A stretch of DNA of 51,669 nt from Bdellovibrionota bacterium (GCA_041739515.1 JBGSNS010000192.1:1-51669), one strand, 5' to 3'. Counted from the stretch's first letter, positions 1-9,314 are shown. Made by a program: numbers and translations. Notes: generated by a model not told the origin, from the sequence alone.

Positions 1-1616
1 TGTCTATAGCGAGCCTTGCGCGTAAATCTTCTAGGAGAGCCCAACAAGCGATTTTAGCACTAGGGCTAATCGGCGCAGCCCTTCTTTACGGAGACGGTGT
101 AATTACACCGGCGATCTCAGTACTATCGGCGGTGGAAGGTCTAAAAATAGTCACCTGGTTTTTCGAGCCTTACATCGTTCCTATTTCTCTCTCTATTCTG
201 GTCTTTTTATTTTGGGTCCAACGATACGGAACTGCTACCATCGGCATGGCTTTTGGACCGATTATTTTTATTTGGTTCGTAGTTTTAGGTTCCCTCGGAC
301 TACTAAGCGTAATTGAGACCCCCGCAGTATTGGCTGCGCTAAATCCACTATGCGCCATTCGCTACTTTACCGAAAATGGACTCGCGGGATTTCCGTTCCT
401 CTCCGCTGTATTTCTGGCGTTTACCGGAGCTGAGGCGCTGTATGCAGACATGGGTCACTTTGGACGCAAGCCGATCAGGTTTGCATGGATTACAGTTGCG
501 CTTCCTGGCTTGCTTCTAAATTACTTCGGTCAGGGCGCATTGTTACTACGAGATAAGTCAGCGGTTGAGAATCCATTTTACCTTTTGGCTCCGGAGTGGG
601 CTCTTCTCCCTATGGTAGGTTTAGCCACGATGGCGGCGATTATCGCGTCCCAAGCTATGATTTCAGGGGCGTTCTCGATAACTCGCCAAGCTGTGCAGTT
701 AGGATACTTACCGAGGCTAGCAATTCGCCATACCTCGTCTGATGAAATCGGTCAGATCTACATCCCGACCGTAAACTGGATCATGCTCATCACAACGGTC
801 TGGCTTGTTATCACCTTCAAGTCATCGACTAATCTTGCATCTGCATACGGAATTGCAGTTGCTTCAACAATGGTCATTACTTCGATTTTAGCTTTTATAG
901 TGGCTAGAAATTTCTGGAAGATGAATCTGATCTCTTGTGTCGCATTATTCGGATTTTTCTTAATCATCGATCTGTCATTCTTGACCGCGAACTTTCTCAA
1001 GGTATTCCATGGTGGGTATGTAACGCTTCTAATAGCAGCACTCATTTTCTTGTTAATGACGACGTGGAAAAAGGGCCGAGAGATTTTGGCGGATCGACTA
1101 CGTCAAGTACTGATGACTCCAGAGCGATTTATCAAGCAGATAGTTCCGACCTTTCCCCATCGACTTCCCGGCACCGCTATATTTATGGCTCGCAGCATCA
1201 ATCTGATACCCGCGGCATTATTTCACAACGTAAAGCATAATCAGGTTCTGCAAGAAACAATCGTGTTATTATCCGTTCAAACTGAGGAGATTCCTCACGT
1301 CCCGCTTCCAGGGCGAATAGAGATGGAGGAGCTGGGAGATGGTTTCTGGGCTGTGGTAATTCATTACGGATTTATGGATACTCCGAATGTACCTGAGGCT
1401 TTGAAGCTGTGCCAAACAAGCGCGTTAAAACTTGATAGCCGAAGTACTACGTACTTTTTGAGCCGTGAGACCTTGATCGCCACAGCCATTCCGGGGATGT
1501 CTATTTGGCGGGAAAATTTATTCGGTCTAATGAACAGAAACGCGGAAAGGGCCGCAAATTTCTTTAAAATTCCCTCAAATCAGCTCGTAGAGATAGGAAT
1601 TCAGATCGATTTGTAG
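1..1616 (+). CDS. kup: KUP/HAK/KT-family K+ uptake transporter, 5'-truncated by window edge
   Basis: Frame 3 is open from nt 3. The residues upstream of the tracked ORF read ...LLYGDGVITPAISVLSAVEGL, a segment I recognise as typical of Kup. The body is polytopic and hydrophobic, followed by a soluble C-terminal domain. Stop codon at 1614-1616. Confidence 0.9.
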   Translation, partial: SIASLARKSSRRAQQAILALGLIGAALLYGDGVITPAISVLSAVEGLKIVTWFFEPYIVPISLSILVFLFWVQRYGTATIGMAFGPIIFIWFVVLGSLGLLSVIETPAVLAALNPLCAIRYFTENGLAGFPFLSAVFLAFTGAEALYADMGHFGRKPIRFAWITVALPGLLLNYFGQGALLLRDKSAVENPFYLLAPEWALLPMVGLATMAAIIASQAMISGAFSITRQAVQLGYLPRLAIRHTSSDEIGQIYIPTVNWIMLITTVWLVITFKSSTNLASAYGIAVASTMVITSILAFIVARNFWKMNLISCVALFGFFLIIDLSFLTANFLKVFHGGYVTLLIAALIFLLMTTWKKGREILADRLRQVLMTPERFIKQIVPTFPHRLPGTAIFMARSINLIPAALFHNVKHNQVLQETIVLLSVQTEEIPHVPLPGRIEMEELGDGFWAVVIHYGFMDTPNVPEALKLCQTSALKLDSRSTTYFLSRETLIATAIPGMSIWRENLFGLMNRNAERAANFFKIPSNQLVEIGIQIDL

Positions 1617-1665
1617 GATGTAGCTATTCACCGTACAGTTATTATAGGCTGAGTAAAATATCGAT

Positions 1666-2154
1666 ATGGAAGTAGCAAACGACAAAGTAGTCTCAATTCA
1701 TTACACTCTTCGCGACGACGCTCAAAGTGAGCTCGATTCATCAAAGGGCAGTGACCCTCTGCTCTATCTTCATGGACATTCGCAGATCGTGCCGGGCCTT
1801 GAGAAAGCACTAATAGGTAAAAAAACTGGAGATAAGGTTTTAGCCTCAATCCAACCAAGCGATGGGTACGGTGACTACGATCCTGAATTAACCAGCAGCG
1901 TTGCGCGCAAGCAGTTTCCTAAAGGCGCGTCACTTAATGTAGGTGAAATGTTTGAATTCTCCAATTCTCAAGGGGAGCCGATCGTCGTTCGTATCGCCGG
2001 TATCGATGGCGAAAACGTTACCGTTGATGCAAATCATCCGCTGGCTGGTAAGGTGTTGCATTTCGACGTTGAGATTGTAGATGTGCGTGCTGCGACGAAG
2101 GAAGAATTAGAACACGGGCATGCGCATCCGGGTGATGGGCACTATCATCATTAG
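1666..2154 (+). CDS. slyD: FKBP-type peptidyl-prolyl cis-trans isomerase, SlyD-like, with His-rich tail
   Basis: 162 aa. The N-terminus VVSIHYTLRDD...PLLYLHGHSQIVPGLEKALIGKKTGD is SlyD-like. An insert-in-flap region is present, and the C-terminal tail HGHAHPGDGHYHH is metal-binding. Confidence 0.85.
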   Translation: MEVANDKVVSIHYTLRDDAQSELDSSKGSDPLLYLHGHSQIVPGLEKALIGKKTGDKVLASIQPSDGYGDYDPELTSSVARKQFPKGASLNVGEMFEFSNSQGEPIVVRIAGIDGENVTVDANHPLAGKVLHFDVEIVDVRAATKEELEHGHAHPGDGHYHH

Positions 2155-2160
2155 ATTTCC

Positions 2161-2316
2161 CTGGGACCGCGAAGCTTTGCTTCGCAGTCTAGTCGGATAC
2201 TTTGCATAAACTATTTTAATGTAGGCTCGTTGAGCAGTCCGGCGCGGCCGTTTTTAGATAAATTCGTATTTGCAAAGTGGTTGTTTAGACTGCGAGGCAA
2301 CGCCTCGCGTTCCCAG
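2161..2316. repeat. REP-doublet (REPIN/MITE-like) element, copy A
   Basis: The left module at 2161-2194 is CTGGGACCGCGAAGCTTTGCTTCGCAGTCTAGTC. The right module at 2283-2316 is the inverted counterpart (reverse complement CTGGGAACGCGAGGCGTTGCCTCGCAGTCTAAAC). Inner symmetry runs ACTTTGCA ... TGCAAAGT. The element fills the gap between the convergent slyD and peroxidase genes, starting 6 nt after one stop codon and ending 3 nt before the other. Confidence 0.8.
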
Positions 2317-2319
2317 CGA

Positions 2320-2886
2320 CTACTTCAGCAGCTCTTCGATTTTAGCAGTAATGGTTGCGCTCTCCGGTGTTGTCATTGACCGGTAACGCTCCACTAAATT
2401 CCCCTGACGATCAAACAGAAACTTCTCGAAATTCCACATCACCCTCCCAGCCAAGCGTTGATTGGCTTCCTGGGTGATAAACTCAAATACCGGCTGTCTT
2501 TCCTCGCCTGTGACTGCCCCCTTAGCAAAGATAGGAAATGAAACATCGTAGTTAGTGGCACAAAATTTCTTGATTTCTTCGTTGCTACCAGGCTCTTGCC
2601 CCATAAAATCGTTACTTGGAAACGCTAATATTACAAAGCCTTGATCTTTATACTTCTTGAAAATTGCTTCGAGTCCTTCGTACTGAGATGTAAATCCACA
2701 CTTCGATGCGACGTTTACAACCATCACGACTTTGCCAGCAAACTCGTTAAGCTTTCTCTCCCGCCCATCAATATCGGTGGCTGAAAGTTCGAATAGATTT
2801 TTTGCTCCGGTAAGAGCTCCGGCCTGTCCACCACTCATTCCAATGACCCCCAACAATACTGATACGAAACGCCACGCTGTCTTCAT
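2320..2886 (-). CDS. Glutathione peroxidase family protein (Cys-type) with N-terminal signal peptide
   Basis: 188 aa. Motifs NVASKCGFT, FPSNDFMGQEPG and WNFEKFL are present. The N-terminus is hydrophobic (MKTAWRFVSVLLGVIGMSGGQAGA). Confidence 0.9.
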   Translation of the reverse strand: MKTAWRFVSVLLGVIGMSGGQAGALTGAKNLFELSATDIDGRERKLNEFAGKVVMVVNVASKCGFTSQYEGLEAIFKKYKDQGFVILAFPSNDFMGQEPGSNEEIKKFCATNYDVSFPIFAKGAVTGEERQPVFEFITQEANQRLAGRVMWNFEKFLFDRQGNLVERYRSMTTPESATITAKIEELLK

Positions 2887-2928
2887 AACGGTACAGTCTC
2901 GCAGCTAGCTTGGAAGAACAAGTGTAGC

Positions 2929-3591
2929 TCAGTCGCCTGCACACTTAAGAAGTTCGTTACGGGCGGCGGCGCGCTCCCTTGGTACCGAGTGAAACTCATT
3001 TAATACTCGCAGAGACGCGCATATCTCTCCTATGTTTCCAGAAACGAAAGCTTTCTGAAGGAACGTACGGGTTTCAGGCGTGTAATCCCCTCGGATAGCG
3101 AGATCCACGAGCACCTCTGTAGTTTCCGAAGAATTGGTCTCGAAGTCTATTTGTCCGTAGGCTTTCACCACATCTGATTTGGCAGCGATTCGAAGCACAA
3201 CACGTTCGTATCGTGGGTAAGTAACAGAGGAAAAGAGTTGCAGTTCTTGCTCCGTTGATAACTCCGGCAGTCTATCACTGTTTCGTTTAACGAACCTTTC
3301 CGCTGAGACTCCCCTTAAACCAGCTCCTGCGCTAAGCGAGACCGCATGGTTTCTCCGAACTCCCGCTCTAATTAGATCGCTTTGTACCTCTTCAGCGGTT
3401 CGACTCCCCATGTCGTAACCACGCCCGATCGTAACCCCTGAAGACTCGCCCCCGGGCCAGTGAATTCCTTTTGATGCATATCGACCGGTGGATTGCCCCT
3501 CTGCCCGCCACGTTAGAACTCCGTGATCCGGCTCAACATCTGCTCTAGATACACTACTTAATAAGTCGGTTACGCGCATAGTACGAAACAA
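2929..3591 (-). CDS. Hypothetical protein with lysozyme-like / pesticin-C-terminal-like motifs, no signal peptide
   Basis: The segment ...WRAEGQ...GGESSGVTIGRGYDMG... followed by ...LVDLAIRGDYTPE... resembles, from memory, the T4-lysozyme-like pesticin domain family (catalytic Glu, then a T-I-G-x-G-x-D-x-G turn). The ORF opens with TTG at 3591, and the first ATG is at 3579. No homology search was run. Confidence 0.4.
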   Translation of the reverse strand: MFRTMRVTDLLSSVSRADVEPDHGVLTWRAEGQSTGRYASKGIHWPGGESSGVTIGRGYDMGSRTAEEVQSDLIRAGVRRNHAVSLSAGAGLRGVSAERFVKRNSDRLPELSTEQELQLFSSVTYPRYERVVLRIAAKSDVVKAYGQIDFETNSSETTEVLVDLAIRGDYTPETRTFLQKAFVSGNIGEICASLRVLNEFHSVPRERAAARNELLKCAGD

Positions 3592-3681
3592 TTCACGGTT
3601 TCAGATTCAGTCCTTGGAGTATCGTAGTTTGTTTGAATAAGTTGAGACGATGTCGCACGTTTATACAAGAAATCGACAAGT

Positions 3682-5532
3682 TCAATAGCGTAGCGCGCTC
3701 CTTCGTTCTCCGGTCGGGCTATAGGCCTTTGAGATCTCAAGCAAACGTTCCGCGTTCCAGTCCGATATTGCTGGAAAATCCTTTAGAATTCGCTTCGCAA
3801 CCGGTAGCGGAATTCGTACTCCAAGCCTCAACGAGTCAGCAGCACTTAACCGAAACAATCTATATAGAACTGACGTTGTTCCAGAATGAGGTACTTCAAA
3901 AGCTTCAAACGCTCGTAACAGCTCACGTTCACATCGCAGCTCGTTAGGAACGACACCTTTCCGAATCCAGCCATGCACAGTCATGGGATGAACACCGGTT
4001 AACTTCACTATCTTCGCCTGGGGAATATCGGTTCCGTTATTGGCGAGTGTCATAACTCGCCAATATCTCTCTATCGGACATTCCGATACCTTTTTAGACT
4101 CGACAACAGGCCTGAGAATATTGAGATCGCGCGGCGGTAACACCTCAATCTCCATCAGTCGCTTTAGATAGCAAGGATGTTTGATCGATACTCGCATCTG
4201 ATGGCCATCAAAAATTGTTCCAACGATACCGAACTCCCGTAGCAACGAAGCAACTCCGATGACAACCTCTGGATGACAAGTACTCTCGAAGTGATAGGCC
4301 GGCTTCTCCAAGTGTCCAATTCTAGCAACGCCAGTGAGAAGAAAGTATCCTCTCAGGAATGCCAGTTTCTCTCCCGTAGTTTCTAACATCTCCCACGGCA
4401 ATCTAGAATTGTCGCTGGTATAACGACGGAAAGCGTTCGTTAAGGGAGCACCATAGGACTGCGTCACCCATCGATGTCGATCTCTTACGTTAGTTTCAAT
4501 GACTGAGGCTCGTACGATGGGACTCAATTTTGTCAGAGTGTCGCGTGCATTTTCAGCATCACTTCGCTGTTGAAAATGAAATCGAATGATATTTGGCAAT
4601 CCTGACCGAGCCGTTACGGCTTGATACATTCCGAGAGCAGATGCCCAATCGAGTGATTGTTCAAGAGGAGCGTGAATGTCTGTTTTCGGTAGAGCGCCAT
4701 TTCTTGCGAGTTTGCGCATCACTCGCAATGGGTGCTGCGCTCCGTACTTAAAAAAATCCCGCACAGTAGGCGCTGGAAGATTGAGCTCTTCGGCTATACT
4801 CTTTACGGAGCACCATCCGCGATATTGCATGATAAGTACCGCTTGAAATGTAGGAAATAACTGATCGGCTTTGAGCATTAACCGATCCCAAACAACAGGC
4901 TTTGTATGGGCTGGCTTATTCGCGCCAAGATGAGACAGCTCTGCTTGTAGGGAACTCATGACCTGCTCAACTGAAACGGGCCTTCCCTCAACCATTGACG
5001 TATCACCATTTACAACCTGAATAGTAAAGGGATAAACACTGAGCGGTTGGGATCTTCGATCCGAAAAATAGCGGTGGGTGGATTTCACCGTTCGAACCAG
5101 ATCTGCGCAGGTGCAATTTGCATCACTGTTGGCTTCCCAGGCCTTCGTCAACCGCATTTCCAATTGTCGTTGCTCACGTTCCGTCAAATGAAACTTCGCG
5201 GAATCAAAATCTGCGCGTAGTGCGGTAATGAGATCTATTGCTGAGTTTTGCCTCGATAAGGAATCAACGGATTTAATCTCAAACTTATTTGGTGAGGCAA
5301 TTTCTATCCGTAAAATCGGCTCTTTCGATCGAAAAAATAGGGAGAGCCATGGAGAAAGCCTGATTATACCTGTATGAGGATCGATAAAGTTTGCTTTCGG
5401 TATATTTTTGCTCGCATAAATCGAATTTGGACGTAGACCAGCAGAAAACGATCCAAGATCTGTTACCGAAGTCGAGGGTTGATCGGGTGTCCCTCTTTCA
5501 AGCAAATCACTTCTCAAGTCTTGCTCAGTCAT
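3682..5532 (-). CDS. Large WhiA-like DNA-binding protein (degenerate double LAGLIDADG scaffold flanked by HTH modules)
   Basis: 616 aa with an ATG start. KLAFLRGYFLLTGVARIGHLEKPAYHFES matches the WhiA hallmark AFLRGAFL..GS...P...YHLE as I remember it. An earlier LAGLIDADG-like helix is LDWASALGMYQAVTA. A sigma-r4-like HTH is FQAVLIMQYRGWCSVKSIAEELNLPAPTVRDFF, and a second HTH is AKIVKLTGVHPMTVHGWIRKG. The roughly 230-aa N-terminal region is unassigned. Confidence 0.4.
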   Translation of the reverse strand: MTEQDLRSDLLERGTPDQPSTSVTDLGSFSAGLRPNSIYASKNIPKANFIDPHTGIIRLSPWLSLFFRSKEPILRIEIASPNKFEIKSVDSLSRQNSAIDLITALRADFDSAKFHLTEREQRQLEMRLTKAWEANSDANCTCADLVRTVKSTHRYFSDRRSQPLSVYPFTIQVVNGDTSMVEGRPVSVEQVMSSLQAELSHLGANKPAHTKPVVWDRLMLKADQLFPTFQAVLIMQYRGWCSVKSIAEELNLPAPTVRDFFKYGAQHPLRVMRKLARNGALPKTDIHAPLEQSLDWASALGMYQAVTARSGLPNIIRFHFQQRSDAENARDTLTKLSPIVRASVIETNVRDRHRWVTQSYGAPLTNAFRRYTSDNSRLPWEMLETTGEKLAFLRGYFLLTGVARIGHLEKPAYHFESTCHPEVVIGVASLLREFGIVGTIFDGHQMRVSIKHPCYLKRLMEIEVLPPRDLNILRPVVESKKVSECPIERYWRVMTLANNGTDIPQAKIVKLTGVHPMTVHGWIRKGVVPNELRCERELLRAFEAFEVPHSGTTSVLYRLFRLSAADSLRLGVRIPLPVAKRILKDFPAISDWNAERLLEISKAYSPTGERRSALRY

Positions 5533-5688
5533 TGCTTCCCATTTCCATTAAGGCCGCTATCTATTAACGATTGAGTTTCACTAACCACGAACAATGGTTT
5601 TGGATGAGCTCAACAGAACTAGATGTAAAACAAGCCAGGAAGGTAAGCAAAGCTACCCTTGCAGAGCTCCTGTTGACTGGGTAGTTGC

Positions 5689-6867
5689 TTATTCTATTTG
5701 ATCTCTGGCTACAATCTGATTGTGCCGCAGATATTTGCGAGGAATTCTTAAATTCAGTCCGGTTAAAACCTCGTACGGAATAGTTCTCATATGCCCAGCT
5801 AACTCCTCGATGGTTATGCGTTCGCTATCTTGCGTTCCAACAAGCACGACTTCGGCTCCGTTAAACGCCTCGTCCCGCCCAATATCGACCATGATCTGAT
5901 CCATACAAACGCGACCGATTATGGGGTAGCGCTTACCGCGAATTATTACCTCTGCACCGATAGCATCGCTATCACCTGAAAGCGCTCGCGAATACCCATC
6001 TCCGTATCCGATCGGAATCGTTACGACTCGCGTATTCTGCTTTGCAGTCCATGTTCGTCCGTAGCTAACACTCTCTCCAGGCTGCACGACTTTAAAATAT
6101 ACGACTCGTGAAGTGATCTTCATAACCGGTTTGAATAGAGACTTAACAGTCGGTGTCAGATGATCAGATGGTGAGACTCCGAATAGTGAAATTCCGCAAC
6201 GCACCATATCGAGATGACTCTCAGGAAGTTGAAGGATCGCTCCGGAGTTAGCGATGTGCCGAATCGGCATCGATCGTTTTTGTTGGGTAAAAAATTGTAT
6301 GCAATCGTTAAAGCTAGAGAGTTGTTGTTTAGAAAATTCCAAATTTGACTCATCTGCTGTCGCAAAATGGCTAAATACGCCTACTAGATCACAGTTGGCA
6401 GCATGCATCGCCGCCTCAAATACTTTCTGTGCTGATGCTGGACGCACCCCAATCCTGCCCATGCCCGTATCGATCTTGATATGAATTCGCGCACGCATTC
6501 CGCGCATCTTAGCGACTTCCTCGATAAGCATAAGCTTATCAATGGATGAGGCTGTTAGATCTAAATCGTAATCTAAGTACACCTGCACCTGATCGTTAAA
6601 GATTCCTCCAAAGATCAGAATCGGAGTTTTAATGCCCGCTTTGCGAAGCTGCATCCCTTCTTCTACTAGTGCCACGCCAAAATAATCCGCACTGCATTCA
6701 CGCTCAAGAACACGCGCACATTCTATTAAGCCGTGACCGTAAGCATTGGCCTTCAAAACCGCCATTACCTTAGATTTTCCGGCTCGCTGCCTTAGCGCAT
6801 TGTAATTAAATACCAAGGCATCAAGATCGATCTCCATCGTCGTTGGGCGTAAGGGGAGGTGTTCCAT
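5689..6867 (-). CDS. alr: Alanine racemase
   Basis: 392 aa. The PLP-lysine motif is AVLKANAYGHG. The C-terminal beta domain carries the VSYG / PIGYGDGY / RVCMDQ motifs. Confidence 0.92.
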   Translation of the reverse strand: MEHLPLRPTTMEIDLDALVFNYNALRQRAGKSKVMAVLKANAYGHGLIECARVLERECSADYFGVALVEEGMQLRKAGIKTPILIFGGIFNDQVQVYLDYDLDLTASSIDKLMLIEEVAKMRGMRARIHIKIDTGMGRIGVRPASAQKVFEAAMHAANCDLVGVFSHFATADESNLEFSKQQLSSFNDCIQFFTQQKRSMPIRHIANSGAILQLPESHLDMVRCGISLFGVSPSDHLTPTVKSLFKPVMKITSRVVYFKVVQPGESVSYGRTWTAKQNTRVVTIPIGYGDGYSRALSGDSDAIGAEVIIRGKRYPIIGRVCMDQIMVDIGRDEAFNGAEVVLVGTQDSERITIEELAGHMRTIPYEVLTGLNLRIPRKYLRHNQIVARDQIE

Positions 6868-6914
6868 ATTATCTATTCAATCCCTGGGAACACAAAAGCC
6901 TCAGTCTTGCCAGA

Positions 6915-8795
6915 CTACAACAACGCATCTAACTGATCGACATACCCGTCCAACGTCTTAAACGCAGCGTCCACCGGCTTATCACGCAGCAAATCAAGCC
7001 CGTTCTCTCGCAACAGCTCCAACGGCAACTTCGACATCCCACCGCGCAGTACGTTTAGAAACTGCTCCGCTGCACTCTTATCCCCGGCCAGCACTCTATT
7101 GCCATAATAATGCGCGATCGAAATCCCCGTAATGTAGGTAAACGTATAGAACGGCATATATAGGTGCCCATACTGCGCCCACATAGTGCCTGCTCTAGGT
7201 CTATCAATCTCTACGTCGCTGCCATACGCAGGGGCCAGAAACTTGTTCATGGTATCAGAAAGAAATTCCGCTGAAATTCCCTGCCCCGCCATGTCCGCTT
7301 TGTGCACCGCATCCTCGAACTGCGAAAGCAGTGGCATCGAAAATAGATATCGATGCAAATTATAAAACGCTTCGTCAAGCGCAGCTCTCTTCTGATCTTC
7401 GCTCGTAGCTCGATTAAAAATTTCACGTCGCACGATTACTTGGCAGAAGTTACTAGCAATCTCAGCTAGAAACATAGAATATCCGGAGTCGTGGATCGGC
7501 TGATTTTGATTCGTTAAATACGAATGAATCGAATGCCCAAGTTCGTGCGCCAATGTGCTCACATCGGAAAGTGAATTATTATAATTCATCAAGATATACG
7601 GCTTTGTTTTGTACACACCGCCGGAAAATGCATTTCCGCGCTTAGCTCTATTAGCAAAGGGATCTACCCAACGCTCTGTTGTAAGCCCTGCCCTAATCGG
7701 CGCGGCGTATTCTTCACCCATAACTCCGACAGCGTTAGAGATTATGCTGACGGCCTCATCGTACGAAACTTGTGGTGCATTGTTTGTAAGCGGCGCATGC
7801 ACATCGTACGGAGCCATTTTCGCTACACCAAGCACCTTTGCTCGAACTCTCCAATACCGATGCCAAACAGGAAGGTTCTCTGTGAAGCTCTTTAGCGTCC
7901 CGTAGAAAACCTCTTTCGGGAGATCGTCCCAGAAAAGTTTCTTCTCGATCGATGTTGGAAATTTTCTAAGCCGTGTCATGAAACTCTCTGTTCTCACAGC
8001 TCCAACGTAGGTCTGAGTTAATGTGTTTTCATGGGATTTATATCCATCAGCGTAGTTTTCCCAGGCTTTACGACGCACATCGCGATCTGTGTGCGAAAGT
8101 AGCGCATCTATATTGCCCTGCGTTGGGGTAAGCATAGTGGTAAGCTCTGTGCCGCTTGCTGGAATAGCACGAAATGAAAGGTCGGCACTTGTGAGCGCGG
8201 AGTAAGTAGCTTCTGGTACATCGAGCGCTTGACCAGCCATCGCCAAAACTTGTGCGATTTCGTTTGAATACCAATGCTCGCGCTCACGCTGGCAGCGCAT
8301 AATCAAATTTGCATACACTTTAAGCGTTGGACGCTCAGCTAGGAATCGCTGCCACTGCGAAGCTGGCATCTTAGAGAGTGAGACCAAGTATGTAGCAGTG
8401 GCTGCTGATACCTTTAGCCCCAACCCCTGAGCTTCTCCTAGCCGCTCCTGTGCGCGCGAATCGCGAGTATCCGTTGCAAGCGCTAAATCAGCGTAGACTT
8501 TTAATTTTTCGTAGACATGTGAACTAGAGAAAATTGCAGCGAGGCCACTCTCAAGCGCAATAGCTGAATCAAGCAGATGATTCACCGCATTTTCTAACGC
8601 TGGAATTCCGCGTTGAATTTCCTCGAACGCAGTGCGCCACTCAGTGTCTGATTTAAACAGCGCAGCGATATCCCACTGATACTGAGCTGGGATCTCGGAG
8701 CGTGCACGATCGGCGGGTGTACCGAGGGATAAAGCTAAGGAGTGGGAAACGGAAGATTGGGACGGTGGGGACATGGAGATTCCTAATATTGACAC
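6915..8795 (-). CDS. pepF: Oligoendopeptidase F (M3B metallopeptidase)
   Basis: 626 aa. The zinc motif HELGHSIHS is present with a downstream E. Overall length and layout are PepF-like. The ORF starts with GTG at 8795, and an alternative ATG is at 8774. Confidence 0.88.
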   Translation of the reverse strand: MSILGISMSPPSQSSVSHSLALSLGTPADRARSEIPAQYQWDIAALFKSDTEWRTAFEEIQRGIPALENAVNHLLDSAIALESGLAAIFSSSHVYEKLKVYADLALATDTRDSRAQERLGEAQGLGLKVSAATATYLVSLSKMPASQWQRFLAERPTLKVYANLIMRCQREREHWYSNEIAQVLAMAGQALDVPEATYSALTSADLSFRAIPASGTELTTMLTPTQGNIDALLSHTDRDVRRKAWENYADGYKSHENTLTQTYVGAVRTESFMTRLRKFPTSIEKKLFWDDLPKEVFYGTLKSFTENLPVWHRYWRVRAKVLGVAKMAPYDVHAPLTNNAPQVSYDEAVSIISNAVGVMGEEYAAPIRAGLTTERWVDPFANRAKRGNAFSGGVYKTKPYILMNYNNSLSDVSTLAHELGHSIHSYLTNQNQPIHDSGYSMFLAEIASNFCQVIVRREIFNRATSEDQKRAALDEAFYNLHRYLFSMPLLSQFEDAVHKADMAGQGISAEFLSDTMNKFLAPAYGSDVEIDRPRAGTMWAQYGHLYMPFYTFTYITGISIAHYYGNRVLAGDKSAAEQFLNVLRGGMSKLPLELLRENGLDLLRDKPVDAAFKTLDGYVDQLDALL

Positions 8796-8858
8796 TAAGC
8801 TAAGGTCTTATAGCACAATCATTTAGCAAGACCGTACACAATCCTCTTATAGACCTTG

Positions 8859-9314
8859 TTAACCTACCGGCAGTCCAAACTCCGCCGCCGCGACCGATTG
8901 GTGTTTATCCGTGGTAAGAAATAAATCTAGCGCTTCATTCTCATGAAACCAAAGCGCGGTGCGTAGGTGAATCAAATTCGCTGATTTAGGGGTGGTAACC
9001 GCCGGAAATCGATTGCTAAGGCACAGCTCTAACGATGGCTCTCTTACGGTGAAGTGGTTGGCATGAGAAACAAGACTCTCGCGTAGTTTAATCCCCTGTG
9101 TCGGACTAACAATCTTCGTTCGAGTAAGTTGGAGCAAGGCGCGCTCTGCCTCGATAAATAAAATTGAAGAAGCGAACAAGTTAGATTCCGTCAGTTGCTC
9201 TTCGATCTCAGCGGCACCTGCTTGATTGAGGGCCCACACCAAATATGCAGACGTGTCGACGAATACTCTTTTAGCTATTTTGCTAGATATGCCAATTGCA
9301 GCCTTACGAGTCAT
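8859..9314 (-). CDS. vapC: PIN-domain toxin (VapC-like)
   Basis: 151 aa. Acidic PIN residues occur in VFVDTSAYL, FIEAERAL and LTTDKHQ. A 4-nt ATGA overlap joins it to the upstream antitoxin gene. Confidence 0.8.
   Translation of the reverse strand: MTRKAAIGISSKIAKRVFVDTSAYLVWALNQAGAAEIEEQLTESNLFASSILFIEAERALLQLTRTKIVSPTQGIKLRESLVSHANHFTVREPSLELCLSNRFPAVTTPKSANLIHLRTALWFHENEALDLFLTTDKHQSVAAAEFGLPVG

Noticed and set aside
170-1240. ORFs 170-358(-), 758-1045(-) and 935-1240(+) inside kup
   Set aside because: These are shadow or alternate-frame ORFs embedded entirely in a well-supported transporter gene. Their composition is low in complexity and no motifs were recognised.
3633-3947. 104-aa plus-strand ORF
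   Set aside because: It is antisense to the 3' end of the 616-aa WhiA-like gene. It has an alternative start codon, no Shine-Dalgarno sequence and no recognisable motif.
8807-8856. Short inverted repeat AAGGTCT...AGACCTT between pepF and vapC
   Set aside because: Only 7 bp match across a spacer of about 35 nt, which is compatible with chance.
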